From NCBI GenBank assembly GCA_964558645.1, contig CAZLEV010000005.1, forward strand, positions 96,001 to 160,000: a DNA stretch of 64,000 nt. Direction: 5' to 3'. Below, piece by piece: positions 30,861 to 39,868 of this stretch (position 1 is the stretch's first letter; each line of letters begins with the position of its first letter). The stretch is from an uncultured archaeon (GTDB lineage Archaea; Asgardarchaeota; Thorarchaeia; Thorarchaeales; Thorarchaeaceae). A model generated the notes under the pieces. It was not told where the DNA came from. It made no database searches and was given only the letters and a program-made list of their open reading frames with translations. The translations under genes were made by a program, and so were the position numbers.

Positions 30861-31169
30861 TGACGACGACCCCGACTTCCAAGACGCTCTGCCATTTTCT
30901 CTCTGAGTTCATACTCCCTGAAATGCCTTTTCCTTTCGGGCCTCAGATTCGCAAAGGAACAGCACTCATGGGAGTATCTGTTACTCCTATGTGAGCATCT
31001 GTACATCAAGCTTCCCAATTCCATTTCCCTCATCATGTGTGTTCCACTTGCTGCAATAAAAGGTCGTCAATTCCCTGAATCTCTCATCATTGATTTCGAA
31101 GAATCATGAGATCATGTAGCTCTGCTTGTCTTCTCATACACTATACCTGGTGATTCCCCAAGAGCTCGT

Positions 31170-31802
31170 CTATTCGTACTCATTCGACAAGAACTGCTTG
31201 GGTATTTCTGCAAGTACCTTCTTCTCGAACTGCTCTCTGACTCTAACAAAGTCAAGAGCAATGTACTCAGGCGCGTGTGACCTCATCTTCCACTCTACAA
31301 ACCTGCTGCTCGCAAGTTTGTCGATGAAGGATATGTCCCCATCTTCTCTTGCGGCATCAGAGTAGTACGGAAACACGACATTGGTTACGAAATCGTCATC
31401 GAGGATTATGTCAAGAAAGTCGTAAAGCTTCCGCCTGTATTCAACTTCCCTTTCTTGATCCAGATCCTCGTTCCTTGATAACCACAGGAGAAGAAGTGCA
31501 TTGCGAAGCATGTTTACTTCTTTCTCTACATTGGCACTGAACTCATAGCTGCCGTCGCAAGGGAACTCGTCAACTTCCAACGGAGGAAGTTTGACGGTTG
31601 AGTAGAGCCCGTAGAAGACTGTTAGAAGGAGGATGTCCACCTTCCTGGGTCCGCTAAGGTAGTCAGTTTCGTTGTACTGATCACGTCCCTCCTTCCCGGC
31701 TGCTGGAGATTCAGCAGTCTGCTCACCCACCGCCTTCAGAAGACTCTCAAGTTGTTTCGGCATTCTGATATTACCTTTTAACTGCATGTTCCCAGACCTC
31801 AC
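31170..31802 (-). CDS. pbeD: PbeD-like protein (last gene of the PT-associated effector block)
   Basis: About 200 aa and overlapping the ATPase stop. Assigned mainly by position in the helicase-small-ATPase-small order next to dndCDE. Confidence 0.55.
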   Translation of the reverse strand: MRSGNMQLKGNIRMPKQLESLLKAVGEQTAESPAAGKEGRDQYNETDYLSGPRKVDILLLTVFYGLYSTVKLPPLEVDEFPCDGSYEFSANVEKEVNMLRNALLLLWLSRNEDLDQEREVEYRRKLYDFLDIILDDDFVTNVVFPYYSDAAREDGDISFIDKLASSRFVEWKMRSHAPEYIALDFVRVREQFEKKVLAEIPKQFLSNEYE

Positions 31803-33667
31803 TTCGGATTCTCGATTTTTTCGACCTCTGCAGAGAAATACTCAGCAAAATCATCAAGCTCGGTGGGCAAACAAAGCAGCATGACTTGTGGATGATTGTT
31901 CACCAAATGCTTTGCAAGGGCAGCTCTGTGACTTCCAACATTGCCCACAGGCGTGTCGATAATGATGGGATCAACCTGGCTCATTGCCTCCGCGAAGAGA
32001 TAAGAAAGAATCAGTCGGCCAGAGTACCCACCAACTTCGGGTCCATAGATGCCTTTCTCTCCAAGCATCAGACCCTCCTCTTCATCAAGAGTCGCTGAAA
32101 AAGTGTCACCAAGGATGTTCTTGACGGCTTTCGAAATCACCTTGCTGATAGCATCGATTGTTCTGCTGCGAATCTCCTCATTTGTCTTTCGAAGTATTCC
32201 TCTCAGATGTTCGATTTCGTCATAGAATGGTTTGTTGATCCTGTAACCCTCACTCTTCTCCTTGGCCGCCTCGAACTCCTTCTCAGCCATCTTGAATATC
32301 TCCGTTTCGTCTTCAAGTGATCCTTTCGCATCACCAAGCTTCTCTAGCAAGAGCCTCTTTGAGTGTTCAAGATTGTCGATCTTGCTGAATAGCTCCTGAT
32401 CAGCTGGTGATAATTGGATCTGCTCCAGTCTTGAGTTGAGCCCGTCCAGTTTCTCTACATGCTCTAGGATTTCCTTCCTCTTGCTCTTGGGATCAAAACT
32501 CAGATCCTCGCGGACGGGATTAGAAGTGAGGAATTCCTGAATCCTATGTGATGCAACTTGGCGGCCCAATTCTCTTACTCGTTCAAGTGTTTCATCTTCG
32601 TCAATTTCTCGGCCACAGATCTGGCAGACAGGGGGGGCACTTGACAGGCATGCATCAATCAGATCCTTTCGATATGGTTCCGGCAGCCTTCCATGTTCTC
32701 GAATCAATTCCTTAACGGACTCAAGTTCATTGACAGAGCCAAACCGAGCCCATGCCCACCAGTTGTGATAGACATCCATCCGCGCAGCGGCGAAGTCCTT
32801 CTTGCAGGACCGTATTTCACTCTCAATGTTCACTTTCTGGGTTGCGTTCCTTGACAGTGCCTTGAGTTTGGCTTCGCGAATCTCTTCTATTTTTGCTGTG
32901 ATTTTCTCTATTTCTCCGGTATAGACCTCTATCTGATCCTTGCAGTGTTTCATCCTCTTCTCAGATTCTGCCTTCAGCTTCCTCTTTTCCTCGAGAGAGC
33001 TGTTCGTGATAGAGATCGATCGTTGGCTGTCGACACGTCCGATCTTGCTTAAGAGACGGTCTTCAAGATCATCAAGCGCGTCCAGGTACGCCATCAGATG
33101 CTGATGTGTTGTTCGTTCCTTCACACGTTCGATGAGTTTGCTAACCTGTGTAGCTAGTATCATCATCTCGCGAGCCTTCTCTCCATCAAAGCAAAGATAC
33201 TCGGCAGATACGCCCAGTCTGAATTCCGAATTCAGGAACTCCTGCACGTCGTCGCCTCGAATGACTTTCTTTCCTCGATCTATCTCCAGGGAATCTTCAA
33301 TAGAATCAATAATATCGCCAGCCAATGACTCCTTTCTCTTTGATCGATCATGTTTCCCCTTCGTCACGCGCTGATAGCTGTACAACGTGCCAGAATCATC
33401 CTCGAAATCAATGCTTATCCTGCACTCTTGTTTTCCTTTTTTGTCCCAATCCAGGACATGGGCCGGATCGACCCACATATGTCGAAACTTTCCTTCTGCT
33501 TGGCTCTCTTTGTAACTGAAACACCAGCGGAGAAGTTCGATTGTTGTGGTCTTACCGGTAGACCCATCCATCTCGAATATTGCGTGTGATTGGCCTTTCG
33601 GAATACTTAATCTGAAATTCCGCCCCCTATAGCCTTCTATGCCTATCGACCTAAATCTAATCCCCAA
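31799..33667 (-). CDS. pbeC: PbeC-like Rad50/SMC-type ATPase with Zn-hook
   Basis: Walker A DGSTGKTT, FDGE, coiled coils with central CQIC, and Walker B IIIDTP. Confidence 0.7.
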   Translation of the reverse strand: MGIRFRSIGIEGYRGRNFRLSIPKGQSHAIFEMDGSTGKTTTIELLRWCFSYKESQAEGKFRHMWVDPAHVLDWDKKGKQECRISIDFEDDSGTLYSYQRVTKGKHDRSKRKESLAGDIIDSIEDSLEIDRGKKVIRGDDVQEFLNSEFRLGVSAEYLCFDGEKAREMMILATQVSKLIERVKERTTHQHLMAYLDALDDLEDRLLSKIGRVDSQRSISITNSSLEEKRKLKAESEKRMKHCKDQIEVYTGEIEKITAKIEEIREAKLKALSRNATQKVNIESEIRSCKKDFAAARMDVYHNWWAWARFGSVNELESVKELIREHGRLPEPYRKDLIDACLSSAPPVCQICGREIDEDETLERVRELGRQVASHRIQEFLTSNPVREDLSFDPKSKRKEILEHVEKLDGLNSRLEQIQLSPADQELFSKIDNLEHSKRLLLEKLGDAKGSLEDETEIFKMAEKEFEAAKEKSEGYRINKPFYDEIEHLRGILRKTNEEIRSRTIDAISKVISKAVKNILGDTFSATLDEEEGLMLGEKGIYGPEVGGYSGRLILSYLFAEAMSQVDPIIIDTPVGNVGSHRAALAKHLVNNHPQVMLLCLPTELDDFAEYFSAEVEKIENPK

Positions 33668-33673
33668 GAAACT

Positions 33674-33844
33674 TCATCTCCCAAGTATATTTTCACGAAT
33701 CTCCTCGAAAGGCATGTCACGGAGTTTTCCGGCGCGTATCAACTGAAGCAACGGGTTGTCACCATGTTCAGCCAACAACCTCTCAAACTCAGCCGACAGT
33801 ATTGCATCTATCTCTTCTTGTATATTCACAGGTTTGTCCTTCAT
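33674..33844 (-). CDS. pbeB: PbeB-like small protein, 56 aa (not in the ORF track)
   Basis: Hand translation gives MKDKPVNIQEEIDAILSAEFERLLAEHGDNPLLQLIRAGKLRDMPFEEIRENILGR*. It fills the gap between helicase and ATPase with 6-nt spacers on both sides. Confidence 0.7.
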   Translation of the reverse strand: MKDKPVNIQEEIDAILSAEFERLLAEHGDNPLLQLIRAGKLRDMPFEEIRENILGR

Positions 33845-33850
33845 ATTTCA

Positions 33851-35647
33851 TCACTCCCTCATATAGGAAATCGACTGCAGTGTTTCGTATCGGTCTAGCT
33901 CCATTGGTAGTACGGACCCCTCAGGATCACAGAACACCAAATCAATGATCTTGGCGGGGGCTTCAGGCTCTCGTGGATCGTAGCGTAGGGCGCGTCCGAT
34001 TTTCTGGACCCAATCTCTCTCAGAGCGATGTGAGCCGTGAAGTACGATAAGCGAAATGCTAGGAAGGTCGAATCCTTCCGCAAGCATCTGTTCTGCAATC
34101 AGGCAGAAACCCTTGTTGGAAGCAAACCGATCCATTGCATAATCAAGATACTTCTGTGGGTGTTTCGAGTCGTAAACATAGGCAGATGAATCTGGTTTCC
34201 AGTCAGTATGGGCGGTCAGATGGTCCCGAATCATCTCCGCAATCTTGTTGGTCTGAACAAAGACTAGAGAAAAGCAATCATTGATCTCCTCTATAGAGTC
34301 GTCCAGAACACGACGAAGTTCTCGAATCCCGTTTTTGGAGCTGCGGACATGGTAGGCACGCATGAACGCCGCAGATGCTGAATCAGCATCTCCAATACCC
34401 TTGGAATCCATCTCCATGGCGATTCGACGCGTGTAATCCTCATATTTCTGCATCTCAGACTTCGAAAGACGGCAGAAGTGAGGTTCATATTCCACTTCCT
34501 TTAGTATTGGTCTCCCTTTATTCAAATCATTCCACCGAGAATAAAAGGACGGCAATGATATGGCAAACTGCGAAGCGGGGCCCCCGCAGTGTGAAAGATA
34601 TCTTTCGACCAACTGTGTTCTGAAAGAATCGATAGTAGCTGATAATCCGAGGTGGTAGTATTCAACGCCACCAGAAGTGAGAACATCCTCAAAGTTCTCC
34701 AAGGTGTCTAGCATGCTGTACAAGTTGTGACATTCATCAGCAAACAGGAGACAGTCACATCCAACAAGTGAAAGGCCGTCAGCGACTGTCAGATGGTGTT
34801 CCTTGAAGCGACTATACAGTGTCACAAGGATTCTCTGCTCGGGACGGGCCAAGTATTCCGAATAGGATTCTGAAGTAGTCCCACCTTCATATACATCGAA
34901 ACCCATGGCCTCAAGAATACCTATCCATTGCTCTATCAGTGTCGTAGTAGGTACGAGGACGATGGTAGTGATCTCCTTTCCCACAGGCAACATGTGCTGT
35001 AAATATGACAAAGCAATACGCGTCTTGCCTGTTCCAGGCGGGATATTCACTATCGCTCGTTTTCTACCGGATAGCCATTCGACGATCACTTTCTGATGTT
35101 CCCAGAGGTCGCTCACAAGGGACGGATCAACTTCGAAAACTTTCTCAATGTCCGAGCGAAAGAGTGTGGGCGGAGGTTCATCAGAGGGCAGCTCAAGTTC
35201 ACGACTAAACGAGATAATGTCTGTCCACAAATTCGCCACATCTTCGTGAAATGGGGGTTCAAACTCAACAAGCAGCTCCATATTCTGACCCGATGATCGC
35301 GTCAAATTTGGAGAACCCAGCCCCACAAGAATGCACCCGTTCTCCCCGTCGACGAAGTAGCCCTTCGCATGTATCACTCGCTGATTCTCCGATACGCAGT
35401 GGATCCTTATGATTCCCTTTCGAATAAGTCCTATCAGTTCGTCGGTTTGGCTTCCTGAATGCTTGAGATGCTCCTCGTTCGCCACAATCGATACTTTCTG
35501 CAAGCCTTTGTAACGCTTGAATAGACTCAGTACGTAGTCTAGATTGACATTGTATACAACACACCTGAGGGTTTTACCCTCCATCTGTCCAAGCGCCTTC
35601 GCCAGAAAATTCTCTAACGTATTTAGGCCGAACGAAACACCCTGCAT
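33851..35647 (-). CDS. pbeA: PbeA-like PLD-nuclease / SF2 DExH helicase fusion
   Basis: PLD motif IHAKGY...GSPNLT; helicase motifs PPGTGKT, DECH, SAT, EGFDLP and QKIGRALR; ATG at 35647 preferred. Confidence 0.8.
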   Translation of the reverse strand: MQGVSFGLNTLENFLAKALGQMEGKTLRCVVYNVNLDYVLSLFKRYKGLQKVSIVANEEHLKHSGSQTDELIGLIRKGIIRIHCVSENQRVIHAKGYFVDGENGCILVGLGSPNLTRSSGQNMELLVEFEPPFHEDVANLWTDIISFSRELELPSDEPPPTLFRSDIEKVFEVDPSLVSDLWEHQKVIVEWLSGRKRAIVNIPPGTGKTRIALSYLQHMLPVGKEITTIVLVPTTTLIEQWIGILEAMGFDVYEGGTTSESYSEYLARPEQRILVTLYSRFKEHHLTVADGLSLVGCDCLLFADECHNLYSMLDTLENFEDVLTSGGVEYYHLGLSATIDSFRTQLVERYLSHCGGPASQFAISLPSFYSRWNDLNKGRPILKEVEYEPHFCRLSKSEMQKYEDYTRRIAMEMDSKGIGDADSASAAFMRAYHVRSSKNGIRELRRVLDDSIEEINDCFSLVFVQTNKIAEMIRDHLTAHTDWKPDSSAYVYDSKHPQKYLDYAMDRFASNKGFCLIAEQMLAEGFDLPSISLIVLHGSHRSERDWVQKIGRALRYDPREPEAPAKIIDLVFCDPEGSVLPMELDRYETLQSISYMRE

Positions 35648-35882
35648 TTTCCTAATCCTCCATTCTCTACAAAGGTCAAGAAAAAGGTTATTGTGGTCGA
35701 AGGAAGATGATGGGTTTGGATAGGGATGAGTCAGACCTTGGATTATACAATTGCCGAGTAATCTGAATGAGTCTTGGCCCGGTAGAGAAACCCTACTCGA
35801 CGCCAAGAAGAAGAATCCTATCAGCGGTTGGAGAAGTCGCATTCTTGAACCTAGGAGCAGCATTAGATCTGGAAGACGAATC

Positions 35883-36641
35883 TCAGCTGAGAACAGAATC
35901 TACGAAGTTGTATTTCTGTTTCGAGTCATAAAGGCCCCACAGATCCCAAGATAGAACGGGAGTGACATCAGAGCGCATCTCCTGAAAAGCGAGGTCTAGG
36001 CGATGCCTGAGATTCTGCATATCCTCTAGGCCGGTAACAATCGGAACCAATCTAGAATTCCATTGAACTCTGGCTTCCTTCTGGGCAACTAGCATGGCAT
36101 CACCTCTTTCGGGTGAGAAAATATCAAAGATGCAGGTTGGCGCACCTTTAGCACTCCATTTCCAGACTATAGGAAATAGATGGGTGCCAACCTCGAAATC
36201 TCGTTCCACAACCCGATCATAGTGTTCCGCCAGAGCTTCTAGCATGTCTAGAATTCCTTCTTCGGGAAGTGTCTTCATCTCCCTGAAGTCATGTTTCCTT
36301 GTCGACTCCCCGGGATCAATCGGATCTAGTGCTCGACCTCTCCGATGAGGTGTTATCTCCCATTCTGTTCCCTGCTCCACCTTCACGAATCTTAGATTGT
36401 CGCCCGCCTCCAGATGGAAATTCTCTGCTAGTGTTTCAAGTTTCATTCTACTGCTATTGTCAACATAGGTTTCATAGTAGGAGCCGCCACAGTGATACTC
36501 GAAACGGACGTTGGAACGTGGAAACCAAAACCTGTGTTCCTCTAATGCGCGCAAAAGGTGATCAAGATGTGACTGGCTCAACTCAAGTTCAAACTCGTTC
36601 TCGCTGACAAAAGTGATGGTTATCACCTCAAATCTTACCAC
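35883..36641 (-). CDS. Hypothetical protein: beta-barrel (B3-like?) N-domain + degenerate restriction-nuclease-fold C-domain
   Basis: N-terminal FP....F......YETYVD...L....F.LEAGDNLRF; C-terminal ILDML...ERDF....FPIVWK...P.CIFDI. Confidence 0.45.
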   Translation of the reverse strand: MVRFEVITITFVSENEFELELSQSHLDHLLRALEEHRFWFPRSNVRFEYHCGGSYYETYVDNSSRMKLETLAENFHLEAGDNLRFVKVEQGTEWEITPHRRGRALDPIDPGESTRKHDFREMKTLPEEGILDMLEALAEHYDRVVERDFEVGTHLFPIVWKWSAKGAPTCIFDIFSPERGDAMLVAQKEARVQWNSRLVPIVTGLEDMQNLRHRLDLAFQEMRSDVTPVLSWDLWGLYDSKQKYNFVDSVLS

Positions 36642-36808
36642 AGATGGGTCACAATAGACCCATGGAGCTGTATTCCCTAGGAGGATATATCTGTCTTTGG
36701 GGCCTTCAGATAGGCGAATGAGTAAAGACCAGATTATGAATCAGAGATAACTACGTTCGCAATCTCACGAGCGTTCCACCGATAATCTATTCCAAGAAGC
36801 GGTGACCG

Positions 36809-37069
36809 TTGGTCTCGAATCAGCCACGATGGAAATATGGGACAATGCGCTCCTACTTGGCGCAGAAACAAATGCCTGAAGAATGCTCGCCTATATTGGA
36901 AGATATCATTGAGAGCGTCACAGATATTTTGGAGAAGGAAATAGAGCGGATTGAAGAGAATCTAGGAGAAGCAGATGCGGATGATGAACAGAAATTCAGG
37001 GGAGCGCTAGCCAATGCTTCTCTCTATTTCAAACTCACTCATCTGGCACTCACCATACTTAGGTACTAG
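36809..37069 (+). CDS. Small acidic helical hypothetical protein
   Basis: 86-aa ORF with GCGGTGA upstream and coiled-coil-like composition. Confidence 0.5.
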   Translation: MVSNQPRWKYGTMRSYLAQKQMPEECSPILEDIIESVTDILEKEIERIEENLGEADADDEQKFRGALANASLYFKLTHLALTILRY

Positions 37070-37104
37070 AACACCTCTCGAACCTCAGCAGATGCTTCTA
37101 GTGC

Positions 37105-38043
37105 TCACTTCGATTCATCCTGCTCAGCAACTGGGTATCGCAAGACAGTTGATTTCGAACGGCGGAACTCCAAGGCGAGCTGATACAATCGGACAACTTC
37201 CTCGGCTGAGCAGTAGCTGAATCTATCCTTTACGGAAGAGTAGGGTTCAGTACTCACTAGCGCCTCGAAACGTGACCTATGCTTCTCAGATCCTATGACT
37301 GTAAGTAGAGCATCCAGATGTCTCACGGAATGAAGACCGTCGAGGGCCGAATCAACCTCATCATCAGTGAGGACATTGTACATGAAGAGAGGGGGCACAT
37401 CGCTGAACCATATCACATCACTGTTCTCCATCTGCTCGAAACCCCGGTATTGCTTAGGAATCTCAACCGTCTTCAGGTTCTTCGACGCCAACGAAGACCG
37501 TGACTTCGCTTCGGCCCCCCTGAGGTAAACCTCGTACTTCAGCAAAGCACCGGTCTTAGCAATCATGTCCAGTATTTGCCCACGTTCGAACCAAGGTCGT
37601 GTCTTCTTTGTCAACCAGAATCTGAACACCCTCTGGAGCTGGCCAGCTGGAGTCTTCTTCTTGGTGACGAAGCTATCCTCATAGCCTCTGAGCTGCCAGA
37701 TTCCGCGGTATACCCAATCCCCCTCTCTTTCCTCTTCGGTGTGAACAAAGAGATGAATGTCCTTGTCCCCACCCTGTGCCAAGGTCTTATTGCCATGACT
37801 GTACGTCTGATGCCCTTTCTCCGGTTGCCCCTCTCCTATGTAGTACACCACGGGGCTGTCAGGATTGTACACGTCATCGTATGGACTAGTCTCAAGATTG
37901 AGTCTCAGCATTATTGCCGTATGATCCTCCTTAGGAACAGGAAGAATGCCTCGGGGAGTTGTGGCGTCTTCTTGATATCCAATAGCAGCGAAGATCTCGC
38001 TCTGCTTGTACTCGTTGCCTTCTTTGAAGTCGTCAAATACCAT
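37105..38043 (-). CDS. SRA/YDG-domain protein with degenerate PD-(D/E)XK-like C-domain
   Basis: RGI...YDD.......YIGEGQ..GHQ....GNKTL...IHLF...WVYRG matches SRA domains of modification-dependent nucleases; C-terminal SDVIWF...MYNV. Confidence 0.7.
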   Translation of the reverse strand: MVFDDFKEGNEYKQSEIFAAIGYQEDATTPRGILPVPKEDHTAIMLRLNLETSPYDDVYNPDSPVVYYIGEGQPEKGHQTYSHGNKTLAQGGDKDIHLFVHTEEEREGDWVYRGIWQLRGYEDSFVTKKKTPAGQLQRVFRFWLTKKTRPWFERGQILDMIAKTGALLKYEVYLRGAEAKSRSSLASKNLKTVEIPKQYRGFEQMENSDVIWFSDVPPLFMYNVLTDDEVDSALDGLHSVRHLDALLTVIGSEKHRSRFEALVSTEPYSSVKDRFSYCSAEEVVRLYQLALEFRRSKSTVLRYPVAEQDESK

Positions 38044-38200
38044 GATACTGCACCCTACCACTTCGTGGGTAATCACGCACATGGCGAAGAAGCGGCTTTA
38101 ATCTATTCTGGTTGACTGTGACCTAGAAACCTAACATCTTCGTTGATGGTAGACCAAAGCGTTATCTTGTCAGAATGCGAAAGACCGTCTAGGGAGTAAT

Positions 38201-38863
38201 GTGTCACAACGCTCGCACCTAATCGAGGGAGTCATCCTCCTGTCGTTCGTGATCATGACCTTCGGCGTGCTCTCGCTGTACGTCCTGAACCCCATCGTGG
38301 GGCGACACGTGATCGGTGGAGTGGCAGGTAGCTCAGACTTCTCCAGCAGAACCTACGTGGTCACCAGCGGGGCCATCTACGAGATAGAGGTCGAAGTGGC
38401 TGACGTCCATGCGCAGGAGGCAGAGGTCAACGGGACGCTGCGGACCCTCCTAGACAGGCAGCTGGTCGAGGAACGCACCCTGACAGCAAAGGAGAAGGCA
38501 AGCCCGCAGGACTACTCCATGTCGGTCCGAGAGAACGCCACCATCGTGCTCTCATCCGACGAGGACTGCCAGCTCACCGTGGAGTGGTATGTGGAGAAGG
38601 GTGACAAGTGGGACATCACCATCTACGAGAGGCCACCCGAGGGGCAAGTGCGACTGACCCGCACCTACGGACTCGTTGCCGTCTTTGGGATGATTCTACT
38701 CCTTGTTTCGAGGGTGAAATATGGGACTCGCCTTGGGGAGAAAGACGATACTGCGAAACGACCCGATTGGCGTGAGGACGGAGCCGGGGGAGGAACTGGG
38801 CGTGGAGTTCTACGACTGACAATCGGTTCTATAGACTCGTCTGAAATGTATGCCGTCAATTGA
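38201..38863 (+). CDS. Hypothetical membrane protein (TM-beta domain-TM), paralog 1
   Basis: Two TM helices flanking a beta-rich domain; similar to the next gene. Confidence 0.7.
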   Translation: MSQRSHLIEGVILLSFVIMTFGVLSLYVLNPIVGRHVIGGVAGSSDFSSRTYVVTSGAIYEIEVEVADVHAQEAEVNGTLRTLLDRQLVEERTLTAKEKASPQDYSMSVRENATIVLSSDEDCQLTVEWYVEKGDKWDITIYERPPEGQVRLTRTYGLVAVFGMILLLVSRVKYGTRLGEKDDTAKRPDWREDGAGGGTGRGVLRLTIGSIDSSEMYAVN

Positions 38864-38928
38864 CGCAACTGGATGAAAACCAAAGGGTTATTGCCTTCAA
38901 CTGACAGAGTATGAATGGAAGGGGCATC

Positions 38929-39528
38929 ATGCCGAAACGTTCGCAGACCGCTGAGAGGCTCATCATCATCTCCATACTCTACATAGCGATTGCAGCCATC
39001 AGTCTGTACTGGATTGACACAGCCGGTCACAGACACAACATCTACCGAAGGAGCGACCACACAGAGGAGTTCACTCACTCCATGGCTGTCCGCGGGAGTC
39101 ATTCCTACACGGTCACTGTGTCACTCCGGGACATCGGCTGGGGGATCGCCCGTGTTGAAGGGACCGTTCGTCTCTACCTCGACTCCGAGCTGGTTGAAAC
39201 GCTGACTCTGTCTGATGTCGATGAGAGTAGCATCCCCGACGCCAGAGACTCGGCTTCCTGCTGGCTCTATCCCGAGACTGACGGCGAGCTGAGAATCGAG
39301 CTCTCGGTAGATTCTGGTAATTCCTGGACAATCAGTGTGTACGAGGACCTCCCTCAGAGCTTGGATTTCTGGAGGTTGGCCTTCACATATCTTGAGGGGG
39401 GCAGCATCCTGCTCATGACTGGAGTGAGTATCTGGTACCTTCACTACAACCTCCAGGATTCCGACAGAACGAGACCAAGGAACGAGCAGTCCGAGGATGA
39501 CGAGCTCGAGAGGGAGCTTGGTGCCTAG
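38929..39528 (+). CDS. Hypothetical membrane protein (TM-beta domain-TM), paralog 2
   Basis: Shares A.V.GT.R..LD..LVE..TL and W.I..YE..P with 38201..38863. Confidence 0.7.
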   Translation: MPKRSQTAERLIIISILYIAIAAISLYWIDTAGHRHNIYRRSDHTEEFTHSMAVRGSHSYTVTVSLRDIGWGIARVEGTVRLYLDSELVETLTLSDVDESSIPDARDSASCWLYPETDGELRIELSVDSGNSWTISVYEDLPQSLDFWRLAFTYLEGGSILLMTGVSIWYLHYNLQDSDRTRPRNEQSEDDELERELGA

Positions 39529-39589
39529 TTCTACGATTGAGTTCCGCGATTGTTGGTCTATTGATACTGTCCCTATGCTCATGGTGCAA

Positions 39590-39643
39590 TGATACGCTTC
39601 CATGACTCCGCCCACCATCCGCCTCACTCAGATGCCAGCCAGA
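39590..39643 (+). repeat. 54-bp direct repeat, copy 1
   Basis: tgatacgcttccatgactccgcccaccatccgcctcactcagatgccagccaga; 51/54 identical to 41178..41231. Confidence 0.92.
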
Positions 39644-39868
39644 ACAGAGCGTCGATACAGCCGACACAAACCATGGGATACACGATGCGAAAGGGGGAAC
39701 CGAGAACCACAATCTGTCCATGAACGCACATGATAGTCACTTCCACACGGTCAGGTTTCTCTCCCGAACCTTGAGTGGTTCACAGCCAGTGTCTAAGGAC
39801 GGGTTCTCGTATTCTTAGATTCCCAGCAGGCTGACACTCTGACTCTGGGTGACGACGAGGATCCAGAT

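Larger units (their letters stand above)
24652..38082. other. Defence island (DNA phosphorothioation plus accessory nuclease modules)
   Basis: Twelve consecutive genes, mostly with defence-type domains. GC is lower than the flanks: hand-counted samples gave 24/60 G+C at 25441-25500 and 39/60 at 38401-38460. Confidence 0.75.

Noticed and set aside
31170-35647. DndFGH (DptFGH) restriction module
   Set aside because: Sizes and domains do not fit (no very large DndH-type ATPase). The PLD-helicase/small/ATPase/small layout fits Pbe instead.
35648-35863. 72-aa N-terminal extension of the PLD-helicase (670-aa ORF)
   Set aside because: It looks like intergenic or promoter sequence; the ATG at 35647 follows AGGATTAGGAAA.
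24652-38082. Inferring the PT target motif (GATC, GAAC/GTTC, GGCC) from this window
   Set aside because: The motif cannot be derived from sequence inspection and needs modification mapping.
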